64,000 nucleotides of DNA, from NCBI GenBank assembly GCA_024137785.1, contig JAHRHZ010000249.1:49128746-49192745 (forward strand), written 5' to 3'. The notes under the pieces were generated by a model. It searched no databases and was not told where the DNA came from. It saw only the letters and a list, made by a program, of their open reading frames with translations. The position numbers and the translations under genes were made by a program. Positions 51,218 to 63,645 of the stretch are shown in pieces (position 1 is the first letter of the stretch; every line of letters begins with the position of its first letter). This stretch comes from Ginglymostoma cirratum. Lineage: Eukaryota.

Positions 51218-53549
51218 TTACTGATGTGTGTAGGCTTGAGACCATCACCCCTCCTTATTGATGCATGCAGGCTTGAGTCCCAACTCCTGCTCCCCATTTG
51301 TTTGTACATATAAGTGATCCACAAGATATATTTCAGTCAATCTTGCATGTACTAAATCAATTTTTTTTAAAAAACAGGGCAAGTTTCCAGATCATGACAC
51401 ATACAATGACTCAAAAAATTACCCCTAATACCTTAATGTGTTATTTATGTAATGCTTGTCGAAATTGCTACCACATACATAAAGCATGTATGCATAAAAC
51501 ACAAATGAATTTATACTGTATTTATGTGAAGTGATTCATTTTATGTACCTAGTTATGTAATAAAAATGAAAATATAACTTTAAATATCATTGAACACTAA
51601 TCATAAATCCTAAAACCTGAATGTTCAAGGTGCTGCAGTGAAATGGCCAAGGCCAGATTTATTGCCAGCAGTGAGAATGATTGATATCATTGTCAATTTG
51701 TCTATTTTTCCAGTGAACTGTGAGGGTGTGCTCACAGAATGGAATAAAGTGAATTTGTACAACACGTCTTTCTGATCCACAGTCAGAGGTGATGATGACA
51801 TACTTGAGTGTTGGTGCATTTGCAATGCTAATACAATTTCATTGCACATAAAAATATAGAAATCATGCAGACCTCATGTTAAGCACATTAGGCAATAAAA
51901 AGTACTGAACAGAAACAAGTGCAGTAGTCATCTCCTCAGGCAAATGAAAAACTGCTCTTCTGCTGCGGCATGTATTTGAAAACTTAATGATGCACATCAG
52001 AGATTCAATAAGATCAATTCTAAAGCACCACTACATTTCTGTGTTTTTTTAACCCATCAAAGAGTCAAAATATTGGCTGCAGATGTCGACAACTTCAGGA
52101 TTTACCATCATCAACACTAATAACTGTTTCCTCCATCAATGATTACTTGTAAATCACATCTATTTTGACACTGAAGGGCTACAGGAATCCCAAGCGACCC
52201 GTTCAGCTATCTGTCATGACGGGCTGTTAATATGATAGAAAGAAGAGATGGGATTACAAATTGCCTGCGGATGGTGTGTACCAGGCCTCATTAAATTTTA
52301 AGCACTTCATGAATTTAATCTTCATATCTGAAAGATAAATATATCCAAGTCATGTATGATTAATAACAGCTGGGATTCAATTAAGGCACAGATTCTATTA
52401 AAAACACAATAATGATAACAAATAAAGTATCAAGAAAGATGAGGAAGGGCCAAATGTGTCATTAGTCAAATCATTACAGTAAGGGCCATGGTCATTCAGG
52501 CAACATCTGGCAATATAAGCCCCTGCACATGAGAGACATGGAAAATAGCTGAAAAAGGAAACATTTTCAAACATCTAATTCAAGTAAACAGGCTTTTGCT
52601 GATATACAAAGGCAAGTGGTGGAAAGTATCAACTGTTGTACCATTCATACAATGTTTTAAGTTGAGATACGTGTCACAAGGCATCCTGAGCACAGTGGAG
52701 TCTGACCTATTTGCTTAGGCCAAGATGTATCAAATGAGGACTGTGCTTTCTTGGCAGGGTTCCATGCACCATGGAGATGCTAGTACTGACCAGCAGGAAA
52801 ATTAGGTCATTCCATTGTGGGCCAATGACATCCTACCTCCAGAAGGAGGGGCAATCATTGAATGAGGCAGAAATGCTCAACAGATTTTGGAAATTGATTT
52901 TACAAAATGATCTTCAAACTGTGGCTACATTTAAAGGGGGAGGTGTAGAACAAGAGAAGAGACGCTTGTAACTGGGCCCATTTCTTGTTTTTCAATTAGC
53001 AAAGCTGCCCAATGAGTGCTGACATTTCAGTACAGATCCCACCAGCTAAAGTTGATATCATGGCCAGAGGATGACAAAAATTGTAGAGCATTCAAGAGTA
53101 AGCAAGGGACAACTAACAAAAATGCTTAATAAAGTGTGGAAGACGATACAAGCTACCATTCTAAGGGGTATAGATGCAATAGTCACTGGCCCATTCGCTA
53201 ATATTCCATTGAATTCCAGGCAGTGTGAGTCATTAAGTATATTCAAGATTAAGAGAGAGAGATTTTTATTCATTAAGAGAAACAAAGGTTATGGGGAAAT
53301 GACAAGAAAGTGATTTGGGGGTTATCAGATCAGCATGAACTCATTCATCTTTGGTTAGATTTAATGGGCTGAATTTTGCCCTTACTTCTTATGATCTTAA
53401 GGTCTTGGTGTGGTACGCTGAAAACTAACTTAGACATAGGTGTACCATTCACAATGTTAAGAGGCCCATCCTTCATAGCTGTTTTTCCCTATTGAATGGC
53501 TTAAATTTATATCTTTCTATTCTTCATCCTTGAAGTTCTTCATCCTTCA

Positions 53550-54833
53550 CCCTCCATCTTCAGCTGCTTCATCAATGAACTTCCTGCCATCATAAGGTTA
53601 GAAGTGGAGATGTTTGCTATTGATTGTACAATGTTCAGCGCCATTTGTGACTCCTCAGAATCTCAAGCAGTCCATGTTCAAGTGCAACAAGATCTGGACA
53701 ACATCTGACAAGTTGCAAGTAACATTCACGTAACACAACCGCCAGGCAATGACCATCACCAATAAGCGACAATCTAACCATTGCCCTTAGGCATTGAATG
53801 ATGTTACAATTACAAAACCTCCCACTGTCAACATTCTGGGGGTTATTAATTGACCAGAAATTCAACTGGACTCATCACATTAACACAGTGTCTACAAGAG
53901 CAGATCAGAAGCTAGGAATACTGCGGCAAGTAACTCACTTCCTGATACCCCAAAGCCTGTCCAACATCTACAAGGCACAAGTCAGGAGTGTAATGAAATA
54001 CTCCCCACTTGCCTGGATGGGTGCAGCTCCAATAACACTCAAGAAGCTTGACACTATCCAAGACAAAGCAGCCCTTTGTATTGGCACTACATCCACAAGC
54101 ATCCACTCGCTCCATCACCGACGCTCAGTAGCAGCAGTGTATACGATTTACAAGATGCACTGCAGAAATTCACCAAAGATCCTTAGACAGCAATTTCAAA
54201 TTCACAACCACTTCTAACTAGAAGGACAAGGGCAGCACGGTGGCTCAGTGGTTTACACTGCTACTTCACAGCACCAGGGAACTGCGTTCGATGCCAACCT
54301 CAGACAACTGTCTGTGTGGAGTTTGCACATTCTCCCCGTGTCTGCGTGGGTTTCCTCCGGGTGCTCCGGTTTCCTCCCACAGTTCAAAGATGTGCAGGGT
54401 AAGTGGATTGGCCATGCTAAATTGCCCGTAGTATCCAGGCATGTGTAGCTGAGGTGGGTTATGCGGGGATGGGTCTGGGTGGAATGCTCCAAGGGTCAGT
54501 GTGGACTTGTTGGGCCAAAGGGCCTGTTTCCACACTGTAGGGATTCTATGATTCTATTTCAAATTCTGTGACAAGGGCAGCAGATGAATGGAAGTACCTG
54601 CAAGCTCTCCTCCAAGCCCTTCACTTTCCTGACTTGGAAATATATCACTATTCCTTCACTGTCGCTCAGCCAAAATCCCAAAATCCCCTCCCAAATGTCA
54701 TTATGGGTCAACCCACCACACGTGGACCACAATGGTTCAAGAGGCAGCTCACCACTACCTTCTGAAGGGCAACTAGGGATGGGCAATAAATGCTCGCCAG
54801 CCAGCAATGCCCACATCACACAAATGAATTAAA
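53550..54833 (+). mobile_element. CR1/L2-group LINE (family 2) RT and 3' end, interrupted by HE1
   Basis: ORF 53798-54217 LIDQKFNWTHHIN...YKAQVRSVMKYSPLAWMGAAPITLKKLDTIQDKAA; tail agggcaactagggatgggcaataaatgct...cccacatcacacaaatgaat. Confidence 0.9.
54231..54556 (+). mobile_element. HE1-type V-SINE
   Basis: Full head, V domain and tail; GACAAGGGCAGCA duplicated at 54225-54237 and 54570-54582. Confidence 0.92.
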
Positions 54834-55104
54834 AATGCCAAGTGCCTTGCTTCAATACAAAAGAAAACTAAAGGTTTATCTTGAAGTAGAAAAGGAATAA
54901 CTCCTGCTTTAATTAGTAGTGCTAGATTGACAATCTTTTGTCTGTAATTAAGCACACATTAACTTAACTGTAGTTTCAGAAATTGTGAAGGCAAGTTTGT
55001 TCTCTGTCCTGCTCCATTTTCCAGCATGAAAGACGCATCCATGACATGAAAGTCATGGTCATTACTATCTTTGAGATGATCGCAAAATAGATAGTGAGAG
55101 TTAA

Positions 55105-55450
55105 CATAGAACATAGAACAGTACAGCACAGTACAGGCTCTTCGGCCCATGATGTTGTGCCAACCTATTATCCTACTAAGATCAAAGTACCCCCCAGACC
55201 CTACATTTTACCATCATCCATGCGCCTATCCAAGAGTTGCTTAAATGTCCCTAATGTATCTGACTCCACTACCACTGCCGGCATCGCATTTCACACACCC
55301 ACCAGTCTCTGTGTAAAGAACCTACCTCTGACATCTCCCCTATACCTTCCTCCAATCATCTTAAAATTATCATCCCTTGTATAATAATCATTTCTGCCCT
55401 GGGAAAAAGTCTCTGGGTATCCACTCTATTTATGCCTGTCATCACCTTGT
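55105..55450 (-). mobile_element. CR1 LINE 3' end
   Basis: (aacatag)n tail and FFTQRLVGV*NAMPAVVVE motif on the minus strand. Confidence 0.8.
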
Positions 55451-55639
55451 AATTTTGCTGGAAAAACTAGTGACTCTTAGACTATCAAAAGTCGCTGTTC
55501 GTTAAGTACCATCTAAACGAGCAGTCAGTCAGTTAGCCATTGCACAAAAACTGCCATAAGGGCCTGTGCTAACATTCATCCCCAGTTAGACAGGCAATGC
55601 CATTCAGTTGTCAATGTCAAGATATTTATTTTATTAATT

Positions 55640-57820
55640 AATTGTTGGGATATGAGCCTCACTGTCAAAGCCAAAGTCTATTGCTTATCTCTAATTTCCC
55701 TAAAGAAACCAGAAGGGTAGGGGGTTTTAATTGTGATGGGTAATATGTCGGTGCAGGCTTGGAGGGTCGAAGGGCCTGTTCCTGTACTGTAATTTTCTTT
55801 GAAACTAGTACACAGCCAATTTTTTGGAACCAATCATGTCTGTAGAGTGAAGATGCTTGCACTGTGCTGTCAGACACAAAATTCCAGAATTTGGACATGG
55901 CACTGATGAAAGAATGACAATTCAATGCTAACTCAGACTGCATGCGGCTTCAGGGGGAATCTTGCAGGTGGTGCTGGTTTCTTCATTCATCTTCTAAATG
56001 ATAGAGCTTGTGAGCTCAGGAGGTATCATCAACAGTTCCAAGGTGATCGACCTCCAACAACCACAACTACCTTCCTTTGTACGAGGCACTCACTGTCCTG
56101 ACCTGGAAATTGCTTCGCCATCCCTTCAGGGTCACTGGGTCAAAAACCTGCAACTCCTTTCTGAAAAGCACTCTGGGTGTGCTTGCACCAAATGGACTGC
56201 TGTATTTCAAAATGGCAGCTCACCACTACCTTCTCCAGGTCAATTAGGGATGGCCAATAAATGCTGGCCAGTCAGCAATGCTCACATGTCATGAACAATT
56301 TAAAAAAGATACTTCAACTAGTGGAAAGTACCCACCCCCTCCTAACCCCAATGATTTTCATTAAATTCAATTTCCCCATGGCTTCTCAATGTCAACCTTG
56401 GTCAAGAGCTGCTTTGAAAACCATGACAATAAACATCACCTCACTTCTAGAATGCAGCTCTTTAATTTGAACGAAGGTTGTGATGAATTCTGGAGCTATT
56501 TTATCACAATGGGACCCAAACTACGCTTCTGTGTCAAGGTTATTATTGAATGTGTGTTGCTTGAGATCATTGTCAACATCAGCTTAGATCACTCAGATGG
56601 TGAGTGAGACCAGACTATTAAGATACTAATGGGCCAGATTGCATTTGTTCTATTCTTGTGAACGTGACAAACTTGGGCATTTTTCCATAGATCAGTGCTG
56701 TAGCTGAACTGGAACATCTTGACTAAGGGTGTATCTAGTTCAGAGTTCCAGTTTGATCACTGAGATGCTGTTAGATCCCATGAACGTTGCACGGTGCTGT
56801 GCTCTCAGTCATTTTGTCATATCATTTGAAGTTAATTGAATTATCTGAAGCCTGGCATTTGTAATGGTGGGACATCAGGAAGAGGCGAATATGGATCTTG
56901 TGCTCAGCAATTCTGGACAAAGGTGGTTTCAGATTCTTTGTTCAGCTATATTATTTATAATCACTTTTTGGACTCTGCCATCACAGTAAATAAAGTGTTT
57001 TGTGAGCTACTAGTTCTATTCTGAACCTATCACATTTGGTACAATAGCAGTGACGTCATACAACACAAAGGAGAGTCTCCCAAAGGACTTGCAGTGGGTC
57101 ACTCCTCCCAATGCTTTCGTGCAGAAATATTACTGAAGGTAAGCTGGTGACAGTGAGGTGAAATAGGTTTATATTTGTCCTTTTACCATCTACTGCAGAC
57201 CCAGCCTGGCAATTAAGTCAGTAGTGGCAATACTAAGCCAAGCTTCCTAAAGTACATTGAGGTTCTACATATAAAGCACGTTTTTGCTTTCTTCAGTACT
57301 CCTTTCATGTGGTTTCCCAACTGATCCCTCTGCTGATGACTGTGGGCATGGAGGTGGTAATCAGCCAAGAGATTTGTTGCCAGGTCATGGGGTTCAGAGT
57401 TAATGTTAAGAAGTCCCAGAGCCACTCCCTGTGGAATGCATACCATTGTATTTCCACATCTGTGAGTATAACTAGGTTGTTGTTTAATTAGTCTTCGTCA
57501 ATGGGGAAACATTCTTAATTGTGACTTAGATCCCCAGATGTCAGTCAAGAGGGCTATTTTTGCTGACTGGGCTTTTTACGTCCACTGTCTACGTTAATAA
57601 GGGTTAATGTCGCTGTTAAGGAGGGAGTTCCAGGGTTTTGGCCCAATGAGAGTGAAGGAATGCTGATATAGTTCCATGTTAGGATGGTGTCTGACATGGA
57701 GGAGAATCTACAAGTGGTAGTGGTCACTGGCATCAGCTGCCTTTGTTTCTCTATTTAAATTTAGTTGTGAATTTGGTAGATGCTGATGAAGGACCCCAGT
57801 AAGTTGTTGCAATACATTTT
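55640..57820. mobile_element. Cluster of old family-2 LINE fragments in both orientations
   Basis: Minus tail at about 55640-55995, plus tail at about 56030-56295, decayed minus body 56390-57480 and 57605-57820. Confidence 0.55.
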
Positions 57821-57826
57821 GTCAGT

Positions 57827-59230
57827 CAAAATGTCAGCCTAGACTATTTGCCCAAGTCTAATAACTCAATCTGACTACACGTGGTCATTTAGTAATTGCC
57901 TATCTCGTCTTTTACTGTACTCTAAGAGAATATGCAGACTTCCCTGAGTATTTGATTATTCTGTATATTTCTAATTCTCAATGTCCATTTTTAAATTAAA
58001 GTGTTGAATTGGACTATTTTGAAAAAAATTGGCCTGAGGTCACGAAACCTAGACTGAACTGCTATTCCTTCCCTATCATCCAGATAAACACCAAAAAGTT
58101 TCTGGTTAAAACACTGCTGCCAGTATGATATGATCTGAGTATTCCTATATGTGATCTTTGTAACATTTGTAACAACAGGGGAGGCAATGGCCTAGTGGTA
58201 TTATCGCTAGACTGCTAATCCAGAGACCCAGATAAAGTTCTGGGTTTGAATCCTGCCACAGCAGATGCTGGAATTTGAATTCAATAAGTATCTGGCATTA
58301 AGAATCTAATGACGACCATGAATCCATTGCTGATTGTTGGGAAAAACCCATCTGGTTCACTAATGTCCTTTAGGGAAGGAAACTGCCATCCTCACCTGGC
58401 CTCACCTATATGTGACTCCAGACCCACAGCAATGTGGTTGACTCTTAACTGCCCTGTGGGCAATTAGGGATGGGCAATAAATGCTGCTCAAAGTGATGCC
58501 CTCATCCCATGAATGGATAAAGGAAAAGATTATTTATACCAGTGATTGGATTCCTATTGAGACAAGTGTCTTAATGTTTATTAACGATGCTGTTGATTTA
58601 CACTACTATAAATCTCAGACTTGCACATGGTCTGTATTTTGTGCTACATATAGAAAGACATGGTAATTGCAAACAGGTTGTTACCATCAGCACTGTCACT
58701 ATTGCTGCTAATAAGTTGAGGCATGTACATTTATACTAGAACATCATAATTTGTGATGTCAACCAACTGTCTTCAAGGCACATTGCCAACCTGGACTGAG
58801 ATCTTCCTAATAATACAGCGAACACTATGTATGGTGATGGAGGGAGTGAATGGTGAAGGTGTTAGATGGGGTGCCAATCAAGCAGTTATCCATCCCCTTA
58901 GGATGAGAATTAAAGGGAACCACTGAGGAAACATTTTCCTCCAGCATTATTATAGTTCCTGACCACTGCACCAAAATGTCAACCTAGAATATTTGTCCAA
59001 GTCTAATAACTCAATCTGACGACACGCGGTCATTTAATAATTGCCTATCTCATCTTTTACTGTGCTCTGAGTGAATATGCAGACTTCCCTGAATATTTGA
59101 TTATTCTGTATATTTCTAATTATCAATGTCCACTTTTAATTAAAGTGTTGTATTAGACTATTTGGAAAAATTGGCCTGAGGTCATAAAACCTGGACTGAA
59201 CTGCTACTCCTTTCCTATCATCCAGATAAA
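57827..59230 (+). repeat. Direct duplication of about 260 bp (57827-58088 and 58972-59230)
   Basis: Both copies read caaaatgtc..ctaga.tatttg.ccaagtctaataactcaatctgac...cctatcatccagataaa with scattered substitutions. Confidence 0.92.
58178..58520 (+). mobile_element. tRNA-derived SINE sharing the family-2 LINE tail (best copy)
   Basis: A box tggcctagtgg, B box ggtttgaatcc, body aaaacccatctggttcactaatgtcctttagggaaggaaa, tail gggcaattagggatgggcaataaatgctg..catcccatgaatg. Confidence 0.88.
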
Positions 59231-59939
59231 AACAACAACAAAAAATGACCACCTTACCATTGTATTTTCAAATTACATCTGAGCAATGATTTAACAAAAT
59301 GGCATGACCTTGAATTATTTTCATCAGAAAGATTGTTGCTAAATTGTAGTAATGTTTTGCTTTTATTGCACCATGGAACTGTAGAAAAAAAAATCATTTG
59401 ATCATGTGAAATATAATTGAAATCCAATCTGATATGTTAGTCTACAAAAATGCAACAAATTCCATTCTACAGCCCCCAAAATGAAAATAGTGCAGTAAAT
59501 CTAGTGGACAATTTGCACCTGCATTCTTCCAATGAGTCAATATATTAAAAATGTCACAAATAAATCATTCAGAGCATTTAAATTACCAACAGAGTGGGTA
59601 TACAAGAGACCACAGTGCACTATGCTGTTTTTATTCATGCCAAATTAAAGGCAGGAGTACATGGTGAGCAGTCCGTTGATTGAACAAATCGAAGCTTGGC
59701 AGCAGGAAACTGAAAGGTTGCAATCCCCTCAGTAAATTCCATTTGGACACTACTGAGCCATAGGGTAGGGCACAGACTGGGTTGGACGTATAGCAGACAT
59801 AGTTATTTGTTTCAAACTCACCATGCAGAACTAAGATGGGTCTGCAGTTGATGTTTACCTCCAGTGGGGATTGCAACGAGCTTAGAAAAAGATTGTAAAT
59901 TCCACCAACTGTGTTCTAATTGCATATTCTGCTCCTGTT

Positions 59940-60480
59940 TTTGTAATTCATTCGCAAGATGTGGGAATGACCAGCTGGGCCAGCTTTCATATTGCCCTTA
60001 AGAAGGTGGTGGTGAGTTGCATTCTTAAACAGTGGCAGTCCTTGGGATGTAGTTACATTCTCAGTGCTGTTCGGATGGCTGTTCCAGGATTGACGCCCAG
60101 CAAATGAATGGCACCATGTTCAGATGGTGTGTGGGCTGGGAAAGGAATTTGCATGTGACAGTGTCCCCATATATCTGCTGCCCTTATCCTTCTAGGCTAT
60201 AGAGTTTGTGAGTTTGGAAATTGCTGTCTCAGGAGTCTTGGTTCTTCCTTTGTAATGCACCTTGCTGCCACTGTGTGTCAGTGATGGAGGGAGTAGTTGT
60301 TTAAGGATGTGGTGCCAATCGATCCAACTGCTTTGTGCTGGATGACATCAAGCTTTTTGAGTGTTGTCAGAGAGCTGCACTCATCCAAGCAACTTAAGAA
60401 CATTTCATTACACTCCTGATTTGTACCTTGTAGGTGGGTGAACAGGTTTTGGGGAGAAAGGAGATGAGATACGCAGCGCA
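59940..60480 (-). mobile_element. Family-2 LINE 3' end
   Basis: Reverse complement of the KAQIRSVMK..LAWMSAA..LKKLD region and the tail. Confidence 0.75.
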
Positions 60481-60496
60481 GAAGATTGCTTCAGGG

Positions 60497-60800
60497 TAAG
60501 CGAGTTCAAAACTAGGGGGCATATTTTTAAGGTGAGAAGAGAAAGATTGAAAAGGGACCTGAGAGGCAACCTTTTCACTCGGAGAGTGTTTAAATGTTGG
60601 ATGAACTGCCAGATGAAGCAGTAGATGCAGGTACAGTTACAACATCTAAAAGATATTTGGATAGGTACATGAATAGGAAAGATTTAGAGGGATATTGGCC
60701 TAACTCACTCCAGTGGGACTGATTTACTTTGGGAAACTTGGTTGGCTTGGATGAGTTGGAACAAAAGGCCTGTTTCCGTTCTGTAAAACTTTATGACTGT
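60497..60800 (+). mobile_element. CR1 LINE 3' end
   Basis: EFKTRGHIFKVRRERLKRDLRGNLFT; closely similar to 17240-17545. Confidence 0.85.
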
Positions 60801-60867
60801 ATAAGTTCAGTTAAGCTTGTAGTCAGTGGCCCCACAGGATGTTGCTGGTGGGGGATTCAGTGATGGT

Positions 60868-63645
60868 ATTGATTGATTGATTGTCACATCTACTGAAATA
60901 CAGTGTAAAGCTTTGTTTGTGAGTAGTACAGACAGATCATTGTGAGCAAGGATATACAGATCAAAAAGACTTAGATAGAGACATACAGATTACATTGCAC
61001 AGGGCGTGTGCTAGGCAAGATCAATGTTAATAAGATCAGCATTATTTGAGGCTAGAGGGTTTATTCATCAATCTTATAATGGCCGGGAAGATGCTGTTCC
61101 TGAATCTGCTCGAGTGTGTATGGTTAGGCTTCTGTATCTTCTGCCTGATGGAAGAGGTTGTAGAAGATCATTACTAGAGTGCAATGGGACTTTGATGATG
61201 TTGGCAGCCTTTCTGCAGCAGCAAGCCATACAAAAGAGTCTGTGGATATAAGGTTGGCTTCCATGATGGTTGGGCTTGTGCACACCACCTTCTGTAGTTT
61301 CTTACAGTCCTGGGCAAAGCAGGTGCCATATCAGGCTGATATGCACCAGGACAGTATGCTTTCAATGGCGCATCTGTAGAAGTTGGTGAGGGACCTTATG
61401 GGCATGCCAAATTTCCCGAGCTGCCTGAGGAAGAAGAGGCATTGTTGTGCCTTCTTGACTGTCACATTTACATGGGCAATCCAGGACAGGTCGTCAGATA
61501 TCTTCACTCCAAGGAACCTGACGCCCTCTACCTTCTCAACCTCACCTCCATTGATGTAGATGGGGACGTGCTCTCCTCCCTTTATTCTGAAGTCGATGAT
61601 GTTGAGAGACAGATTGTTTTCATTGTACCACATCGCCAAGCCCTCTATCTCGCTTCTGTATTTTGACTATCATTGATAGATATTCATCCCGCTATGGTTT
61701 AGTGTCATCAGCGAACTTATAGATGGCATTCGTTTGGAATTTGGCAACACAGTCGTGATTGTACAGGGAGTACAGTAGGGGGCTGAAGACACATCCTTGG
61801 GGGGCTCCAGTGTTGAGTGTTATTGTGGAGGAGGTACAGTTACCTATTCTCACCGATTGCAACCTATGGCTTAGAAAGCGGAGGATGCAGAGGGAGACAA
61901 GACCAAGGTCACACAGTTTGGAGATCAGTCTGGAGGGGATAGTAGTGTTGAAGGTGGAACTGTAGTCAATGAGCGGGAGTCTGACATAAGTCCTTGTTGT
62001 CCAGATGTTCCAGGGATGTATTCACTGTTACATCGGTCGGCAAATTGAAGGAGATCGAGACATGCTGGGACAACACAGAGTGGAACTCAAGGAACACAGC
62101 AGGTCAGGCAGCATCAGAGGAGCAGGAAAGTTGACGTTTCGGGTTGGGGCCCTTCTTCAGACAATTTGGGAAACTGGAGTTGATGTGAGGCATCACCAGC
62201 CTCTCAAAGCACTTCTGATTGAGGTCAGAGCCACTTGGCGGTAGTCATTAAGGTATATTGCATGTGCTTTGTTAGGTACGTGGATGATGGTCGTCTTCGT
62301 GAAGCAGGTAGGAACTTCAGCTTGTAGGAGGGAGAGTCTGAAGATGTTAGTGACCTCCACCAGCTAGTCTGCACAGGATCTGAGTGCTCAGTCGGGGACA
62401 CTGTCCAGGCCCATAGCTTTCCTTGGACTGACTTCCAGGAAGATTGATCTGACATCTGAAGCAGTGACAGAGGGAACAGGTGTGTCTGGAGCCTGTCGGG
62501 GCGGGTGTTACTGCACCGCTGGTATTCTGCTCAAACTGAGCATAGAAAGCATTGAGCATGTCAGGGAGGGATGTCATTGTCCACTATCTTGCTCTGCCTC
62601 ATTTTTTTATCCCATAATGTCACTTAGGCCTTGCCACAGGCGGTGGGAATCTGTTTAGTAGGTTTGGGCCTCTAATTTGGTCCGGTACTGCCTCATGGCC
62701 TCCCTGATGCTTTTGCGGAGATCATTTCTGGATTTTCTGTATTAGTCCAGGTCACCCAACTTGAATGCTGCATGTTTGGTTTTCAGTAGGGAGTGGATTT
62801 CCTGGTTCATCCAAGGTTTATGGTTGGGGAACATTCGGTTTGACGTCTTTGGCACACAGTCCTCCACGCATTTGCTAATGAAGTTTGTGACGATAGTGGT
62901 GTACCTATCTAGGTTTTCCGCTGTGTACCTGAATAGGGCCCAGTCCACCGATCCCAAGCAGTCCCGGGGACGGTCTTCCGCTGTCTCGGACCAGCACTGT
63001 ACTTCCTTTTATGAAGGATCCTCCCATTAAAGCTTCTGCTAGTAAGCTAGGCGGAGGAACACAGCGCTGTGATAGGATTTTCTGATGTGTCAGTAGGAGT
63101 TAGAGCAGAAGGTGTCTTTGATAGTTGTGTAGCAGTGGTCCAGAAAGTTCGGTCTCCTGCTGGGGCAGGAGATGTGCACTTTTGCAGCATCCTCTTAAGG
63201 TTAGCTTCGTTGAAGTCACTGGCCATGATGAATAGGGCTCAAGAGTGTTTGCGGCGGTGTATCTCGTCTGGGGCATTCTCCACATCCACATGGGGTAGTA
63301 TGTAGACTGCTGTCAGGATGGCGGAGGTGAACTCTCATGGTACGTAGTAGGGATGGCATTTTACTGTGAGGTATTCTAAGTTTGGAGAGGAGGAGCTTTC
63401 TAGGATTGCTACATCTGAGCACCAGGAGATGTTGAACAGGAAGCATACCCCACTGCCCTTCGCCTTACCTGAGGATGCCGTGCATTTTATGTGATGTATG
63501 GAGAACCCATCAGCTTGTAGGGCACAGTCAGGAATGGCAGAGGTGAGCCAAGTCTCTGTGAAGCAGAGCACACAACAGTCTCTCAGTTCCCTCTGGAATG
63601 TAAGTTTAGATCTGAGTTTGTCCATTTTATTTTGTAATGTCATAG
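60868..63645 (-). mobile_element. Near-full-length decayed Rex1/Babar LINE (APE and RT)
   Basis: LQNKMDKLRSKLTFQRELRDCCVLCFTETWL...SGKAKGSGVC...LEYLTVKCHPYY (APE); NHKPWMNQEI; NNLSLN; AQQCLFFLRQLGKF; (atca)n tail. Confidence 0.92.
62073..62161 (-). mobile_element. Hammerhead-bearing Penelope-derived fragment inside Rex1
   Basis: Minus strand CTGAAGA-a-GGG ccccaa CCC-GAAACGTC at 62133-62160, followed by the family arm. Confidence 0.75.

Noticed and set aside
60868-60887. TGATTGAT runs resembling Pbx sites
   Set aside because: Microsatellite tail of the Rex1 LINE
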